From assembly GCA_038046645.1 (NCBI GenBank), contig JBBSVU010000006.1, positions 87,414 through 138,580 of the forward strand: DNA of 51,167 bases, given 5' to 3'. Below, piece by piece: positions 8,968 through 17,359 of this stretch. The position numbers and the translations under genes are program-made. The notes under the pieces are model-generated. The model was not told where the DNA came from, searched no databases, and saw nothing but the letters and a program-made list of their open reading frames with translations. Source of the DNA: an archaeon. GTDB taxonomy: Archaea > Iainarchaeota > Iainarchaeia > Iainarchaeales > 0-14-0-20-34-12. The first letter of the stretch is position 1, and the number at the start of each line of letters is the position of its first letter.

Positions 8968-9352
8968 GGTAGTCACCACATTTTAAAGCAGTCTTTTGCA
9001 GGTTTGCTATCCCGGCAGTATGCTTAACACTGCTTGCAATTTGATTTTCCTTAAAAACCGAAGTTATGGTTATTTCATCCGGAAGTATCCTTATTTCGCA
9101 GCCAGTTTCTATGTCTCCAAAAACAATTACATCAGGGATTGAATACTTTACCAGGAAGCTTTGCCCATCTTCCAAAGATTTGCCCATTGCTAGAATTTCA
9201 GCAATATTATTCCCGATTTCTTTCTGCTGGTTTATTACGCTAATTTTGCTCTGTGTTTCGTTCATCCCGGAGATAACTGATTGCATAGCGCCCGCAAATA
9301 CAAAAGTGATAATTATTGCAAGTATTAAATCAATGCTTATTTGCCCTTTCAT
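8951..9352 (-). CDS. Minor pilin-like protein (class III signal peptide)
   Basis: MKG|QISIDL followed by a hydrophobic stretch. Confidence 0.75.
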   Translation of the reverse strand: MKGQISIDLILAIIITFVFAGAMQSVISGMNETQSKISVINQQKEIGNNIAEILAMGKSLEDGQSFLVKYSIPDVIVFGDIETGCEIRILPDEITITSVFKENQIASSVKHTAGIANLQKTALKCGDYLEIKK

Positions 9353-9461
9353 GCTGTCTTATATATTAAAAATTAGTTCTATTTAAACATTGTGAGCATG
9401 GAATCTGCTTCTTTTAGGTGTAGCAGAAAGAGAATATCAAAACTATTTTTTTGCCTTTGTT

Positions 9462-10658
9462 TTAATCTTTTGCAATTTTCAGCAATTTAGGCATTAAATC
9501 TAGGCCAAGAATCATGCCAATGCTGCCATTTAGGCAATCCCTTTCTGAGAAATGATTTACTTTATCTTTTATTCCACCAAAAATTAGCAATGGGGTGGGG
9601 TCTGCAGAATGGTCCTTTAATGTGCAAGGCGTGCTGTGGTCTCCAGTAATCGCAATCACAGTATTTTTCAGGTTAATTATTTTTTTAAATGAATTATCTA
9701 TTTTTTCAATGAATTTCTTCTTCTCTATGCATTTTCCATCATGCCCCAAAATATCAGCCCCTTTTATATGGGCAAAAACAAAATCATATTTCTTTAATGC
9801 TTTAATTGCCGCATTTATTTTAGCACCAAGGTCTGTTTCTAATGTGCCGGTTGCACCCTTTACATTTAATACTTTCATGCCAACACTTTTTGCTACCCCT
9901 TTATACAATCCGCCGCCAGCAATGCAGCAGGCCCTTAACCCATATCGCTCTTTGAATGAAGGGATTTTTTTATAGGTTCCAGCACCCCTTAACAATAAAT
10001 AATTTGCTTTGGGCTTTCCTTCCTTCTCCCTTTTTTTGTTGAGGCTTGATTCATCCAAAATCTTGCTTGCCATAATTAAGAATTTGTTTAAAATAGTAGC
10101 AGTAAATATTGCTTCTTTATCTTTATTTTCTGCTTTTATCTCAAAAGGCTTTACCGCTGTTTTATGCGGGTCATTACTTGAAATATTGCTGCATAAACCC
10201 TTTCCTCTCATAATCAAACAAGCCCTGTGCGAGGTTCCAGCTTTCAATATGAATCTTATTCCATCAATTTCAATTCCGTTTAGTTTCTCAACAAATAATT
10301 TGACTGATTTGATTCTTCCTGCTCTCCTATCAGTTATTAATCCTGAGGAATCAACAGTTGCAAAGTTTACCCTGAATGCGACATCTTCGGGTTTCATTTT
10401 CATCTCAAGCCCAGCAGCCTCCAAAGGGCCTCTTCCTGTGTAATATTTATCGAGCGGATAGCCGAATATGCTTAGGTGTGCATTATCTGATTCTGGAATT
10501 ACTCCCTTTCCGACTGAATTCATCAATCCGCAAGCACTGTTTTTGGCTAGAATATCCATATTGGGAGTTTTTGCCGCTTCTAGTGGCGTTTTGTTTCCAA
10601 GCACAGGTGAGGGCCTATCACCTACCCCATCCAAGATTACCAAAAGTATTTTTTTCAT
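9462..10658 (-). CDS. apgM: 2,3-bisphosphoglycerate-independent phosphoglycerate mutase (archaeal type)
   Basis: ILDGVGDRP, TPLEAAKTPNMD, PESDNAHL, GRGPLEAAG, DRRAGRI, TGDHSTP. Confidence 0.95.
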   Translation of the reverse strand: MKKILLVILDGVGDRPSPVLGNKTPLEAAKTPNMDILAKNSACGLMNSVGKGVIPESDNAHLSIFGYPLDKYYTGRGPLEAAGLEMKMKPEDVAFRVNFATVDSSGLITDRRAGRIKSVKLFVEKLNGIEIDGIRFILKAGTSHRACLIMRGKGLCSNISSNDPHKTAVKPFEIKAENKDKEAIFTATILNKFLIMASKILDESSLNKKREKEGKPKANYLLLRGAGTYKKIPSFKERYGLRACCIAGGGLYKGVAKSVGMKVLNVKGATGTLETDLGAKINAAIKALKKYDFVFAHIKGADILGHDGKCIEKKKFIEKIDNSFKKIINLKNTVIAITGDHSTPCTLKDHSADPTPLLIFGGIKDKVNHFSERDCLNGSIGMILGLDLMPKLLKIAKD

Positions 10659-11023
10659 CCTAACACTTTGAAATCAATTTTTTTTCCTTTAGAATCAAAC
10701 ATTTTTATTGTATCCATATTAAAGGGGAAGGAGATTATTAAATGTATTTTTCCAAATTTTGGAAAACTATGGATATCCTCATCCGAAGGTTCATTTGAAT
10801 GCGAAGGATGGCTATGCACTGAGCCAATTATATTTCTGTCAATAGGTTTTGATTCCATATATATTGATGACATGCTATCACCATACACTGAATGCGTTAA
10901 TATTAATTCATCAATGCAATCATTTTCCATCCTGCTGCCTAATAGCCCTATAAATTCCTTAGGGTAGGCGTTCCTTGCTGCATGAATAATCATCTCAATT
11001 ACCTCTTTTTTTATGGAGTACAT
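10655..11023 (-). CDS. JAMM/MPN+ (Mov34) metalloprotease
   Basis: YPKEFIGLL and the HSHPS-x4-PSDED JAMM motif. Confidence 0.9.
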   Translation of the reverse strand: MYSIKKEVIEMIIHAARNAYPKEFIGLLGSRMENDCIDELILTHSVYGDSMSSIYMESKPIDRNIIGSVHSHPSHSNEPSDEDIHSFPKFGKIHLIISFPFNMDTIKMFDSKGKKIDFKVLG

Positions 11024-11065
11024 AAAGACAAAACATCAGAAAAGAATATTAATTCCTAATGCTTA

Positions 11066-11545
11066 GTGTTTATGAACAATATGATTTCTGAAACAGAAAT
11101 AGTAGTAAGGCTATCAGCAGCCTTGCTTGTTGGAGTATTCTTTGGCCTTGAACGGGAGTTAAGCAAAAGAGGGCAAGGCTATGCCGGTTTAAGGACTCAT
11201 GCATTAGTTGCATTAGGATCCGCAGTTTTTACCTTAGCCTCAATCTCCTTTGATAGTGGGGTAGTAGATCCATCAAGGATTGCGGCAGGGATTGTTACTG
11301 GAGTAGGTTTTCTTGGTGCTGGAGTAATCTACAAAGGCACTAACTATGTTAAAGGCCTTACAACAGCAGCAAACATCTGGACAGTTTCTGCAATAGGCAT
11401 GGTTGTCGGATTAGGATTATATTCGATTGCAGCTTATGCTACCGGCCTTTCAATTATTATCCTAATTTTGGGGAAATTTTTCGAGAAAAAAGTTCTGAAG
11501 GAAGATATTGAAGAAGATGGGGATAACTTCTCTTTCAACTCATAG
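11066..11545 (+). CDS. MgtC/SapB family membrane protein
   Basis: GLERE, AGLRTH, DPSRIAAGIVTGVGFLGAG, GLTTAA. Confidence 0.93.
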   Translation: MFMNNMISETEIVVRLSAALLVGVFFGLERELSKRGQGYAGLRTHALVALGSAVFTLASISFDSGVVDPSRIAAGIVTGVGFLGAGVIYKGTNYVKGLTTAANIWTVSAIGMVVGLGLYSIAAYATGLSIIILILGKFFEKKVLKEDIEEDGDNFSFNS

Positions 11546-12727
11546 CGTCAGATAATAAATTGCGATAGGCAATATCAGGAATGCCATGCATAGGCTTCTT
11601 TTAATTCCTGTTTTTATTGTAACCATGCCTATGGCTGTTGCAGTCCCAGCAATTAATAATCCTTTTCCGCCGGCCATAGCCATTATCACAACTATTACAA
11701 AAATTAGTATTGCAATATTCAATTTTTTGTAATTAATCTTATTTATCTTATTCAAAATTCTTTTTGCAATAAATATTGTTATGAAAACACCAAAGGAAGC
11801 AGCAATCAATATTGTAGCTATTATCAACAATATTTGGCTTTTTTCCAGAAAAATCAGATTTTGTATTGCAACAGCAGGTCCACTTCTTCCCTTACCTATG
11901 GAATAAAGTGCAAAAAATGAAAACATTAAATTTACGGTATTTATTCCGCCTATCATTATCAAATAGCTTTGTGTTCTCATCCTGCCATAAAATTGCCTTA
12001 CTAAAAATGCTGCTTGGTTAGGCCCTAACCCTGGAATAAGTGCGACAATTGAACCGCCAAAAACACTTAGGGCTGAGCCCTTAAATGCCTCTATTTTTTT
12101 AATGCAGATATCCTTCATTATCTGCTTTCTTGAAATAATATTCTCATTTATTGACTCAAGCAATGTGCTTATTCCAAAAAGCCCGGTTATGGCTGCAAAC
12201 AATCCATTCTCAACAGACGAGCTCCTTAATACTATCTGCCCAAGAAATCCTGATAAGAGTACAATAAGTACGGCCCACATTTTTTTATTTCCCTTTTCTG
12301 AAAGTATCATCATAAGCATTGTTGCAATTAAAATGTAACCAAAAAATTCCCGTATTTCATAAAAAAATTTTGTCCCTATGGTGAAAAAAATTGGCAGAAA
12401 TAAAAGCCCTAGCATTATCCCAAACAATCCGCCAATAACTGTCAGCATAATTGCCTTGTATGCCTGCCCCTTCATGAAATATCTGTGGCCTGGCAGCACA
12501 TTTATGAAATTGTCTTCATGCGGCGCACCAAAGCAGATGCTTGGGATAAAATCAACAAAAGAATGCACTATGCCCATTGCAATTATACATGCAGCAATCC
12601 TTATGTCTGCATTTGGCAGGTATGTTGCAAGCATAATTGAAAGCAGGTTTATGTGGATGCCTGGCAGTATGCCGCTTATTATGCCAAGAAAACAACCTGC
12701 TAAAATATATGCGAGTATTTCAAACAA
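11540..12727 (-). CDS. TctA-like (archaeal DUF112) membrane permease
   Basis: SGILPGIHIN, DFIPSICFGAP, VLPGHR; many TM helices. Confidence 0.85.
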   Translation of the reverse strand: MFEILAYILAGCFLGIISGILPGIHINLLSIMLATYLPNADIRIAACIIAMGIVHSFVDFIPSICFGAPHEDNFINVLPGHRYFMKGQAYKAIMLTVIGGLFGIMLGLLFLPIFFTIGTKFFYEIREFFGYILIATMLMMILSEKGNKKMWAVLIVLLSGFLGQIVLRSSSVENGLFAAITGLFGISTLLESINENIISRKQIMKDICIKKIEAFKGSALSVFGGSIVALIPGLGPNQAAFLVRQFYGRMRTQSYLIMIGGINTVNLMFSFFALYSIGKGRSGPAVAIQNLIFLEKSQILLIIATILIAASFGVFITIFIAKRILNKINKINYKKLNIAILIFVIVVIMAMAGGKGLLIAGTATAIGMVTIKTGIKRSLCMAFLILPIAIYYLTL

Positions 12728-13076
12728 TCTCCAATCCCTCTACAATTATTTCAATCTTTCCTTTATACTTTGAAACAACGCCACAGATATTTGCAAAATC
12801 GCCTTCCTGGATTATTGCAAAATATTCCTTTTTTGGATTGAACATTATTGCTTTTATGTAATTGCCATCAAATAATGTGAAATTGATTGAGCTTGCGCTT
12901 TGTTTTACCTCAGTTATCCTGCCAAACAGCAAAACTTTCTGTCCTATTAATTCATTAGTTATTTCCCCGTTATTTTTATGAATGCATCCTCCGGTTTCTG
13001 AATAAATTGAAAGTATGATTAATCCGCAAATTGCGCAGCCTAAAGCTATCCTGATAACCCAAACATCTCTTAGCAT
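12720..13076 (-). CDS. Membrane-anchored OB-fold protein
   Basis: N-terminal TM helix, then GQKVLLFGRI...GVVSKYKGKIEIIV OB pattern. Confidence 0.7.
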   Translation of the reverse strand: MLRDVWVIRIALGCAICGLIILSIYSETGGCIHKNNGEITNELIGQKVLLFGRITEVKQSASSINFTLFDGNYIKAIMFNPKKEYFAIIQEGDFANICGVVSKYKGKIEIIVEGLEIV

Positions 13077-13135
13077 TAAAAAATTCGATTCAAAAAGGTT
13101 TAATTGCTAACCTTTCCAAATAACAACTTCTAAGT

Positions 13136-13675
13136 TTATTTTATTGCTTTCAAATCCTTGGCAATATTTATTTCTGAAAATATTTCATTTTCTAAAATCA
13201 GTATTTTCTTTTCAATCTCAGAATATTTATCCATTAATTTTTCATTAATGTGGGCATATCGGTTTTTTATGTATTTCAATCGTTCTTCCAGGGAAACTAT
13301 TTTATCATCAACAACTCGCTTATCCGCATAAAATACAATCTTTTCCTCCCAAGTATTGAGACCGTAAAGTATTTGATCCAAAACATGCTTTCTCACTATT
13401 ACTGCAATTTTATGAAAGCCTTTTTCCTTTAGGATTCTTTCCCCAATAATTCCGTGGTTTCCTTTTTTCAGGCTTTCTATTTTATCAATATCATGCAATA
13501 GGCTTGCCCTGTCTACCAAATCCAAATCAATAATTTCGCCTTTTTTAACAAGTTTTTTTGCCAAATACATGGCAACAGAATTCACTTTCAAAGAATGCTT
13601 TACAATATTATCTGAATTATTTTTTCTTATTAAATCTATGCAATGCCTTCTGCTTGGCAGCACTTCTTTCTTCAT
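13136..13675 (-). CDS. HD-domain phosphohydrolase
   Basis: HSLKV...LLHDIDK...H...EKIVFYADKR. Confidence 0.9.
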   Translation of the reverse strand: MKKEVLPSRRHCIDLIRKNNSDNIVKHSLKVNSVAMYLAKKLVKKGEIIDLDLVDRASLLHDIDKIESLKKGNHGIIGERILKEKGFHKIAVIVRKHVLDQILYGLNTWEEKIVFYADKRVVDDKIVSLEERLKYIKNRYAHINEKLMDKYSEIEKKILILENEIFSEINIAKDLKAIK

Positions 13676-13816
13676 TTTTTCACCAGTTTATTATATGAAA
13701 GATTCCATAAATCAACGATTAGATTAATATTGAAGCTTACTTAATATTAGTAAAATAAATACAATTAAAATTAGATTTGTTTAGATTCAGTTAAAGCAAT
13801 ATGCTGGAGTGATTTT

Positions 13817-14617
13817 ATGAGCTGGGGATTAAAGAATAGGATATCTAAAATTATTAAGCCTAAAACAGGCAAAACAGTAATGCTTGCTGTCGACCACGGT
13901 TATTTTTTAGGGCCTACAACAGGCTTAAAAAACGCAAAAGAAACAATAAGCTCTTTAGTTCCTTATGCAGATACCTTAATGCTTAGCAGGGGGATTCTGC
14001 GTACCTGTGTTGATTCCAAAATTGAAACCCCAATTGTTTTGAGAGTTTCAGGAGGAACAAGCATCCTTACTGAATTATCTAATGAAGGCATTACCTGTGC
14101 AATGGATGATGCAATAAGGTTGAATGCAGTAGGCGTAGCCTTATCTATTTTTGTTGGAGCCCAGTATGAAAGGCAGACTTTGCTTAATCTTGCAAAATTG
14201 GTTGATGAAGGTGAGCAATTCGGCATGCCTGTATTGGCAGTAACTGCCGTTGGAAAAGATATGGCAAGGGATGCACGTTATTTGGGGTTGGCATGCAGGA
14301 TAGCTGCAGAGTTAGGCGCTAATATTGTTAAAACATATTATTGCAAGGATTTTTCACAGGTAGTTGAATCATGCCCTGTTCCAATTGTAGTGGCAGGCGG
14401 TACCAAGATAGCAGAAAAGGAAGCATTAGAACTCACTTATAATGCAATTTCCGAAGGCGCTGTTGGCGTTGATATGGGCCGTAACATATTCCAGTCTGAT
14501 TATCCAGTAGCAATGATAAAAGCAGTACGCTCAATTGTACATGAAGGTTTTACAGTAAAGGAAGCACTTGATCTGTTTGAAAAATGCAAGAAAGAAAAAC
14601 AGAAGAAATTTGATTAA
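13817..14617 (+). CDS. lsrF: LsrF-type 3-hydroxy-5-phosphonooxypentane-2,4-dione thiolase (class I aldolase fold)
   Basis: LsrF-typical MSWGLKNR, MLAVDHGYFLGPTTGL, AVTAVGKDMARDARY, Schiff-base VKTYY, GVDMGRNIFQS; GGAGTGA SD. Confidence 0.9.
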   Translation: MSWGLKNRISKIIKPKTGKTVMLAVDHGYFLGPTTGLKNAKETISSLVPYADTLMLSRGILRTCVDSKIETPIVLRVSGGTSILTELSNEGITCAMDDAIRLNAVGVALSIFVGAQYERQTLLNLAKLVDEGEQFGMPVLAVTAVGKDMARDARYLGLACRIAAELGANIVKTYYCKDFSQVVESCPVPIVVAGGTKIAEKEALELTYNAISEGAVGVDMGRNIFQSDYPVAMIKAVRSIVHEGFTVKEALDLFEKCKKEKQKKFD

Positions 14618-14647
14618 TTTATTGTACAGTAAACTCATTTGATTTTC

Positions 14648-15679
14648 ATGGAAAAAATGAAAGTAGCAATGTATTACCGCAATAATGATGTGCGAATTGA
14701 AGAAATGCCAATTCCTGTGATCTCAGAAGACGAAATTCTTGTTAAGGTAATTTCTTCAGGCATCTGTGGATCTGATGTTCTTGAATGGTACCGCATTAAA
14801 ACAGCTCCCAGAGTTTTAGGGCACGAAATTTCAGGAGAAATAACCCAAGTCGGAAAAAAAGTAAAAAAATTTAGTAAAGGGAATAGGGTTTTTGTTTCCC
14901 ACCATGTTCCTTGCGATGACTGCCATTACTGCAAGCAAGGGCATCATACTGCCTGCGAAACTTTACATAAAACAAATTTTCATCCTGGAGGATTTTCGCA
15001 ATTTTTAAAAGTACCTAAAATAAATGTTGAAAAAGGTACCTTCATTCTGCCAAAAAATGTTTCATTTGATGATGCAACTTTTATAGAACCTTTGGGCTGT
15101 GTTGCCAGAGGCCAAAGATTAATAGATATTAAATCTGCAGAATCAGTACTTATTTTAGGCTCAGGGATTTCAGGCTTGCTGCACATAAAGCTTGCAAAAG
15201 CAATTGGAATAAAAAAGATATTTGCGACAGATATTTCCGATTACAGATTAAATGCAGCGAAGCAAGCAGGTGCAATCCCCTTAAATGCTAAGGAGAATAT
15301 TCCTGAGAAATTAAAGGTTATTAACAAAGGACTTTTGGCTGATAGGGTCATTGTTTGCACTGGTGCAAGCGCAGCAATTGAGCAAGCATTGAATTCAGTT
15401 GAAAGAGGCGGAACGATTTTATTTTTTGCAGTTCCTAAGCCTGAGGAAAAAACTTGCTTGTCACTAAGCAACCTTTGGAGGAACGAAATCACTTTAAAAA
15501 CAAGCTATGCTGCTTCCCCCCAAGACCTTAAGGAAGCCATTGTTCTGATTGAAAAAAAGAAAATAACCCTAAACGACCTGATTACACATACGCTGCCTTT
15601 ATCTGATGCACAAAAAGGATTCCATTTAGTCGCAAAAGCTGATGAATCAATAAAAGTAGTTCTGCATCCGCAAGAATAG
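14648..15679 (+). CDS. Zn-dependent medium-chain (polyol/threonine dehydrogenase-like) dehydrogenase
   Basis: GICGSD, GHE, structural Zn CDDCHYC-x7-C, EPLGC, GSGISG, Asp (TDI) indicating NAD preference. Confidence 0.92.
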   Translation: MEKMKVAMYYRNNDVRIEEMPIPVISEDEILVKVISSGICGSDVLEWYRIKTAPRVLGHEISGEITQVGKKVKKFSKGNRVFVSHHVPCDDCHYCKQGHHTACETLHKTNFHPGGFSQFLKVPKINVEKGTFILPKNVSFDDATFIEPLGCVARGQRLIDIKSAESVLILGSGISGLLHIKLAKAIGIKKIFATDISDYRLNAAKQAGAIPLNAKENIPEKLKVINKGLLADRVIVCTGASAAIEQALNSVERGGTILFFAVPKPEEKTCLSLSNLWRNEITLKTSYAASPQDLKEAIVLIEKKKITLNDLITHTLPLSDAQKGFHLVAKADESIKVVLHPQE

Positions 15680-15689
15680 CAAATTATTT

Positions 15690-16274
15690 TTATAAATATT
15701 CAGCTTTTTTATGCATTTTTAATGCTAGTTCAAATGCTTTATCACTGTTCTTTCCAAGTGCTAGAATTCCATGGTTCTTTATTGCAATGCAATTCTCTTT
15801 CCCAAGAACTTTTTTGATTTCCTTTGCCAATTCAATTGTCCCATATGGCTTTTCAACTTTTGTTTCTTTAACCCTGAGCTCTTTTGAATGCTTTAAAACC
15901 AAATCATCATGCAGATGCAGCACAACATTAATGTCTTTTCTTAATTCATAAGCAGCAGCATGCATAAAGCATTCAGAGCTTGGTTCTTTTAGGCCAATGA
16001 CTTTTACACTTTTTTTCTTCCAATCAGCAGATTTTACAAAAACAAGTTTTTTTCCATTTAGCTTTCCGATGCTTTCCTTTGTTGCATTTATCACAAAGCC
16101 GTTTTCTTTTCTGTAGCTTATATTTCCCCAGCCCATATCCCCATTAAGCTTATGCTCTGCGATTTTTTCCCCAATCTCAATTAGTTTTTTATTCAATTTT
16201 CCTTTATGGGCTTCTTTCTTTAAAAAAATAGTGTGAAATTTCACCCCAACATAGATTTCAGGCATTTTAATCAT
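15690..16274 (-). CDS. Class II aldolase/adducin family protein
   Basis: GNISYR, PSSE, HLH and NHG Zn ligands; abuts mtnA. Confidence 0.88.
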   Translation of the reverse strand: MIKMPEIYVGVKFHTIFLKKEAHKGKLNKKLIEIGEKIAEHKLNGDMGWGNISYRKENGFVINATKESIGKLNGKKLVFVKSADWKKKSVKVIGLKEPSSECFMHAAAYELRKDINVVLHLHDDLVLKHSKELRVKETKVEKPYGTIELAKEIKKVLGKENCIAIKNHGILALGKNSDKAFELALKMHKKAEYL

Positions 16275-17345
16275 TTATTTTTTAAGAATCTTTTCCAATT
16301 CTTTTATTTCATTTGGTTTGAATATCCCTTTTTCGGTTATGAAAGCAGTAATATATTTGCTCAACGTAGTATCAAATGCAGGATTTTTCGCTTTTGCATT
16401 TTTATGGGATATTGCAACCTTTTCCATTCTTCCCTTATGCATTCCCTCAACATAGAGTACTTCATCTTGGCTTCTTTCTTCTATTGGAATTTCCTTTGAT
16501 TTCAAATCAAATGTTGATGTCGGGGCTGCAACATAGAAAGGAATGCCATTCTCTTTTGCAAGAACAGCTTTTTCATATGTGCCTATTTTGTTTGCAGTCA
16601 GGCCGTTATGCGTTAATATTCTATCAGCCCCAACAATGCACATATCAATCTCGCCCTTTTGCATATAATATCCGGCAGCATTGTCTGCAATAATTGCGTG
16701 CGGGATTCCTTCATTTTCAAGTTCCCAAGCAGTCAATCTAGCACCCTGCAATCTTGGCCTTGTTTCGTCCACAAATACAAACATTTTCTTGCCATTTCTT
16801 TTTGCTGCATATATTGGTGCAATTGCAGAACCCCAATCCACAAACCCTAGCCAGCCAGCATTGCAATGTGTCAGTATCCTAAAATTATTTTTAATTAACC
16901 TTTCACCATATTGCCCAATTTTTTTTCCAGAGTTTGCGTTTGCTTCAGCAAGCATTTCTGAATCTTCCAAAGCAGCCTTTTTTGCTTCCTCAAAATTATC
17001 TGCTTTTTTTATTGCTTCAAGTACATGGTCTACGCTATAAAACAAATCATATGCTGTCGGCCTTGTTGATTTCAAGGAATCAGCAGCATTTTTCACATAT
17101 TGCAAATAATTTTTCTCATTGGCTTCACAAACTGCTTGATAAACGCCATATGCTCCGCTTATTCCAATAGCACCAGCGCCCCTTACTGTCATATTCCTTA
17201 TTGCTTCCGCAGTTTCTTTGTAATTTTTCAGGGTTACAATTTCAAACTTATGGGGAATTCTCAATTGGTTTATCATTTTTACATTTCTGCCTTCAAGCCA
17301 CAATGTTTTGTAGTGTTTTAACCCTGAATTTGTTTTAACTAGCAT
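16275..17345 (-). CDS. mtnA: S-methyl-5-thioribose-1-phosphate / 5-deoxyribose-1-phosphate isomerase
   Basis: MTVRGAGAIG, RPTA, THCNAG (catalytic Cys), DETRPRLQGARLTAWEL, GADR, NKIGT, NPAFD. Confidence 0.93.
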   Translation of the reverse strand: MLVKTNSGLKHYKTLWLEGRNVKMINQLRIPHKFEIVTLKNYKETAEAIRNMTVRGAGAIGISGAYGVYQAVCEANEKNYLQYVKNAADSLKSTRPTAYDLFYSVDHVLEAIKKADNFEEAKKAALEDSEMLAEANANSGKKIGQYGERLIKNNFRILTHCNAGWLGFVDWGSAIAPIYAAKRNGKKMFVFVDETRPRLQGARLTAWELENEGIPHAIIADNAAGYYMQKGEIDMCIVGADRILTHNGLTANKIGTYEKAVLAKENGIPFYVAAPTSTFDLKSKEIPIEERSQDEVLYVEGMHKGRMEKVAISHKNAKAKNPAFDTTLSKYITAFITEKGIFKPNEIKELEKILKK

Positions 17346-17359
17346 TTTTTCACCATTTT

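Noticed and set aside
13817..14617. Interpretation as AI-2 quorum sensing, or as an ordinary DhnA fructose-bisphosphate aldolase
   Set aside because: No lsrK, lsrG or transporter in the window, and the motifs are LsrF-specific rather than DhnA/ADH-synthase type. An AI-2 role cannot be fully excluded without the whole genome.
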